Below are positions 57,047-64,000 of a DNA stretch of 64,000 nt, piece by piece; the stretch's first letter is position 1; every line of letters begins with the position of its first letter. A program made the position numbers and the translations under genes. This DNA is from the human T2T-CHM13v2.0 reference genome, Homo sapiens. Under the pieces are notes generated by a model. That model ran no database searches. It saw nothing but the letters and a program-made list of their open reading frames with translations, and had not been told where the DNA came from. The stretch lies in assembly GCF_009914755.1 (NCBI RefSeq), contig NC_060928.1; one strand, written 5' to 3'.

Positions 57047-57200
57047 GGCTGGGCATGGTGGCTCACACGTGTAATCCCAGTACTTTGGGAGGACACGGCA
57101 GGAGGATCACTTAAGCCCAGGAGTTTGAGGCTGCAGTGAGCTATAATCACACCATGGCACTCCAGCCTGGGCAACAGAGCGAGACCTCAACTCTAAAAAA
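57047..57200 (+). mobile_element. Alu monomer (FAM-like)
   Basis: Single monomer; degenerate TSD TTACRTAAATG. Confidence 0.8.
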
Positions 57201-57420
57201 AGACACAATACAACTTACATAAATGTCATGTATATTCATGTGTACATTTATATATATACATATCTCTGTAAAGATACAGGCAGACTCCAACTTACATATT
57301 TTTTCAAATATTCATTTATGTCGCAGTACATCTTTCCGTATTAATGCTAAATTGGTTCTCTGACCTGTCCACAAGAGCAGTCATGTTATGAATGATTTAC
57401 ATCCTAATTATTGTCTATAT

Positions 57421-57622
57421 CAGCACTGTCCAGTAGAATGTTCTACAGTGATAGAACTATTCTATACTGTACTGCCCAATATGGTAGCCACTAACCTGGC
57501 TATGGAGCACTTGAAATGCAGCTAGTACAGCTGATAAACTACATTTTTAATTGTATATGATTTTAACTTTTAAATTTAAGTAGCCATATGTGATTAATGC
57601 CTACCACAGGAGACTGCACAGG
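57421..57622 (+). mobile_element. MER3-like hAT MITE
   Basis: CAGCACTGTCCAGTAGAA start; related copies near 29190-29375 and 62080-62272. Confidence 0.65.
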
Positions 57623-58439
57623 TCTATAATGCTGATTCTAAGGGAAATGCATCTGGAGTTATAACTTGCAACCTCCAGGAGTACACTTCCCTTCAGAGAG
57701 GCAGGAGGATCCTTCTTCCATAAAGAAGGGGGTTTGAAGGAGAGAAGTCTTTCTCAGCTGCAGACATGAGTGGTGATTCAATGTCCTGGAAGCACAGAAT
57801 CTAACAAAATGGAGTCTTTAGGAGTGCAGGGGGGACAGAAACACATTGGTGAAAGATGCGGGGCAAAAATAGGAATTCCTATAAGAGGCCCTCTTGCAAC
57901 AGAGCTTTCTAGCACCATAAGCCACAGGGGTGCTTCTTGAGTCCTTTTCTTTTTCTCTGGCCCCAAGGGTTGGCATCATTCCACACTCTCACCAAGTATC
58001 CTCAGCCCTGACCCCACATCTGTCTGCTTCTCTCCATCCCCACTGCCCCACCTTTTTGGCCTCCTTGTCTCACCCCTGGATGACTGCAGTGGCTTCATGT
58101 CCTGGCCCCTGCTGACTCTCGAGGCTCACCCCATCCTAAACGCACCCCTCGATGTGTCACTGACCCTCCTGGTCCTTGCCCAGTCTCAGGCCTTCTGCCC
58201 GTCATTGCCCTCTTAGCACAGACACGGCGCCTTTCCTTTAGCAGATCATTCTCTCTCTCTCTACCTGATTCCTGACTCACACAGCTTTTGGGTCTTACCA
58301 GAACTTGGTGAAGTTGGTCCCCCAAGAATGGCCAGTAAGAGATAGACTGGGGATTTGAACCCATACCAAGTGGTCTAGGGCAAAGTGAAAAGCAGAGCAT
58401 AGAGTAGGTGAGGCCATGGGGCCAGGCAGTAGCTGTTGA

Positions 58440-58697
<258 letters not shown>

Positions 58698-58816
58698 TGA
58701 CCAGAGCTCTCACCCATGCCCCATGCCCCATGCCGCATGCTAGCCCAGCGCCCCTTTTGCAGGCTCCCCTCATACACTAACTCGTTTAATTCTCACAGCA
58801 GCTCCATGAAGTGGTA

Positions 58817-59360
58817 TGTCAGGGCCCCAAGACCACTCCCAGGTTTGATGACTCTTCACTGGGAGGATTTACAAGAGTCAACACACAGTAGTACCAAAGC
58901 CGAGATTTATCACAGCAAAAGGATCTGAGGCAAAATGAGCAGAAGGATTCACGCAAAGGCGAGCAGGTGCAGGCACGGACCTCCAAGAGTCCCTTCCCAG
59001 TGGAGCACACAGGACGCAAGTTCCGTAACTCCTCCACGACTGACTTGTACAACATGGTGAAACGTAGAGTGCCAAGAAGCTCATTAGAGACTCAGCAGCC
59101 AGGAGTTTTATTGGGGTGTGGTCACATAGGTGCCCCCTGCGTGGCATGTGCCCAGTTTTCCAGGCTCCCAGAGAGCAGGTGTTCGGCATAAACCACGTTG
59201 TTTGTACAAAGATTTTAGGCACGGTGAGCCACTCATCAGTTCTGGAAACGGTGGGAACCGTCTCCAAATCTATGTTCCAGATGCGAGCCGAGGGTTAGCT
59301 GTTCAAGCCTTTCCAAGGATGACAGTCTCAGGCCTGCACACACAAGTACTTTTCTGAACA
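58817..59360. mobile_element. MER21-like LTR remnant
   Basis: TGTCAGGGCCCCAAGACCACTCCCAGGTTTGATGAC start resembles recalled MER21. Confidence 0.55.
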
Positions 59361-59529
59361 AACTGGGACAAAAGAAATAACATTTGCCCAAGATCACATT
59401 GTCAGCTAATAATAGCCTGACTCTGTGTTCACAAGCACGGTAGGACGTTGCCTCTGAAAAGGCCTCACTATTCCAAAAGACATGTCATGATAACATTCTT
59501 AAGTGATTAAATACTGTCACATTACATGA

Positions 59530-59850
59530 CAGGGATCAGCAAACTTTTTCTGTAAAGGACCAGATGTTAAATATTTTAGACTTCGTGAGACATGTGGCCT
59601 CTGTCACAACTGCTCAACTCTGCCATCTTCTCATGAATAATACGTAAACGAATGGGCATGACTGTGTTTCAATAGAGCTTTATGTTTGGACACAAATGTT
59701 AACCACATACACTTTTAACATGTCACAAAAATATTTTTCTTTTGATGTTTTTTCAACCATTTAAAAATGTAAAAATCATCCTTAGCTCATGGACCATACA
59801 AAAAGTCAGAGGGCTAGATTTGGTCCATGGGTCATAATTGGCCAACCCAC
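59530..59850 (+). mobile_element. MER58-like hAT element
   Basis: CAGGGATCAGCAAACTTTTTCTGTAAAGG start. Confidence 0.7.
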
Positions 59851-60338
59851 ATTCTCTAAGTGTATTTTTGTTGTTGTTACATCAAAGTCTACCATGCGGG
59901 CAAGGTATGGGATAGGACAGGCACTCTCATGACTGCTGGTGGGGATGGAAATTGGTATGGCCTTTGCAGAAAGCAGTTTGGCAATTTGTGGTAAGAGTAT
60001 TTTTTAAAAGGTCCTGTTTTTGAGCCAGTAATTCTGGGTGTCTGTCCTGAAGAAAGAATTTGATGCCTGCAGAGAGATTAGTGTATAAAGTCATTAATCC
60101 CCCTAATGCTTTTATCAGCAGTCCTGTCAGATGCAAAAAATATCTAAGAGGCATGAAAGGAAACTCATGGAAGTGTTGCCTCAAGGGGTGCAGGTCCTAG
60201 TGTTACAAGGCAGAACATGGTGTCATCAAAGGAAAAGCACTTGATGGGCAGTTAGCCTGACCCCACAGCTACGTACTTTCCTCATTAAACAGATCATATC
60301 TGGTTCTTTGCAGAAAAAGCAAAGTTCAGAGACCATGA

Positions 60339-60584
<246 letters not shown>

Positions 60585-60682
60585 TAGGCAGAGATGGCTA
60601 TTTCTGCTATCTAATCGTATTTCTCAAAGTATTTCCAAAAATGTAGCTGCCAGTGTGCAAGCTCAATAAGAAAACGGTGGGG

Positions 60683-61415
<733 letters not shown>

Positions 61416-62441
61416 AGGGATGAAGAAAATAGTGGACGTTCAGTGGAAGTTCCTCTCAGTGTGAGGAACTTCATATTCACAGGGCCCACTGCCAGCAGAG
61501 AGCTCATTTCCAAATCCTGTGCAGCCCCAAAAGCCCTTAGGCACGTCCTTGCTTCAGAAAGCAGTCAGTAGCCTGGTTTTTCTAGGTTTTTCTAAAGAAA
61601 AACTAGGAAAAAGTAGCCCTTGCATTTGGAAAAGAAAAAAGTCATTGCAGTCATAGAGTAATTCTAAACAACCACTTTTTCAGAAGTGATGACATGTGGG
61701 GTTCCTGTTCATTACATTATGACGAGACCCAGGTACCTGAATCTTGGATCCAGACCTTAGCCCAGGGAGATGACTGGATTGGTAATGACAAATGGAAGCA
61801 AATGACACTTCACTGGTAGCTGGGCTTGGGAGCTACCCTCATGGCAGAGAGCTCTAAGCTGGATGGGAGTACATAGAATACTCCTTTTTTTAAGTCTAAG
61901 TAGCTTCAGACCAAATCGGTCTGACCCAGAATACCTGCTAGTATGGAGAGTGGGATGGGGAGAAGGTAACTAGAAAATGCAAGATCATGTTTACCCCAAC
62001 AGCATAGAACCACGCTAGCTGGGGCTCTGGCTGGGAGGAGATGCTAGTCATTCTCTCCCCATGCACAAATGGTTTATAGCTATGTGGTCCAATATGGTAC
62101 CTGCTAGCCACATGTGGCTATTTAAATTTAGTTAAAATGGAATAAAAGTTAAACTTAGTTCTTCGCACTACCCGTATTTCAAGTGTTCAAATGTGGCTCA
62201 TGGCTACCATATTGGATAGCACAGAATCCAAACATTTCCATTGTCACAGACAGTTCTATTGGACGGTGCTGGTATAACTTGTACCACTTCTGTTACACAA
62301 AAGGGAGAGACAGAGGGAAAATACCAAGCTCACCACTCCAGTAGCACAGGAAGAGAGAAGACCGCAAGACCTACCCATGCTTTCTGCCGTTGAATGTGCT
62401 ATGAACTCCAGTTCCCAAAGGTGGCCCATGTAACACCCTAG

Positions 62442-62813
<372 letters not shown>

Positions 62814-63396
62814 TAACCCATTTGAATACTTGATGTATGTCAATATTTTCTTCACTTTTAAAATAATCTTATCCCTCAAATTTCCTGCAACATCTAGCAT
62901 TTTATTTCATAGTCAATACAGTTAAAGGTGATATTCAAAGCAAATAATAATAGTGGAGGCACTATCACTGCAGGACCAAATAGCACAGACTCGGGGATCA
63001 GACTATCCCGGGCTCAGTCCTCTGTAGTAACACCTGCCTACTGAATCAACCACAGATTGACGAGCTACACAATTCCTTGGTGCCATCCTGGCAGGCTGCA
63101 GCACTTAATAAGCAGTAGTTTTTATTATAATATTGAGACCTAGTATCAGAGAACTTTAACATATCAGGTTATTTATAATTCACTGGATTAATTTAAGCTT
63201 TATTTTAAAGAAAACTAAATTCAGGTAATATCACAAAACTGAATATTATTCCTTTAAACATGAATCTGATAAGTAAAACCTAGCTTTAATCCTTTTAATG
63301 CTGTCTCTCTGTTACCCACACATGTGAAATAGCAATGATTTTATAATTTAGAGGTCTGACTTATAACTGGAATTCAATTATTATAATTGAATAACA

Positions 63397-63696
<300 letters not shown>

Positions 63697-63740
63697 CTAA
63701 CAGTGGGAGTTTTTAAAATAAAGATGAATTTAACTCTTAA

Positions 63741-63833
<93 letters not shown>

Positions 63834-64000
63834 TAAGTGTGCATCACGTCACTCAGTCTCACTGATTTCTCCCGACACAGGCCTTTCATTCTACCTCTTT
63901 TCTTCCGAAGCGTTCTTCTATTTGTGTTCCTAAGGATCTCTAAAGACTCAAATTGTCTTCTGGGAAGAACCTCCTGTGACCTTTGAGAATATTATCTTTA

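Overview
This is human (or very close great-ape) genomic DNA from inside WDR19 (IFT144, an IFT-A subunit), on the + strand. I placed 26 consecutive coding exons between 233 and 63832. They splice in frame into the WDR19 protein as I recall it, and correspond to about exons 10-35; the numbering is from memory. They cover the later WD40 repeats, the TPR-like solenoid and the C-terminal Cys-rich Zn-binding region. One intron is GC-AG. The introns are mostly interspersed repeats: about 35 Alus, a full-length but dead sense-oriented L1PA3/PA4-like element (32001-38149), old L1/L2/MIR pieces, Tigger/MER DNA transposons and LTR remnants. Repeat family names come from recalled consensus sequences and need RepeatMasker confirmation. 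I found no convincing new biological system. The most unusual observations are a 26-bp perfect (32-bp near-perfect) hairpin inside a templated-duplication scar next to the L1 antisense promoter, a tail-less L1 patch inside a MER element, several other local template-switch scars, and a few atypical splice sites.
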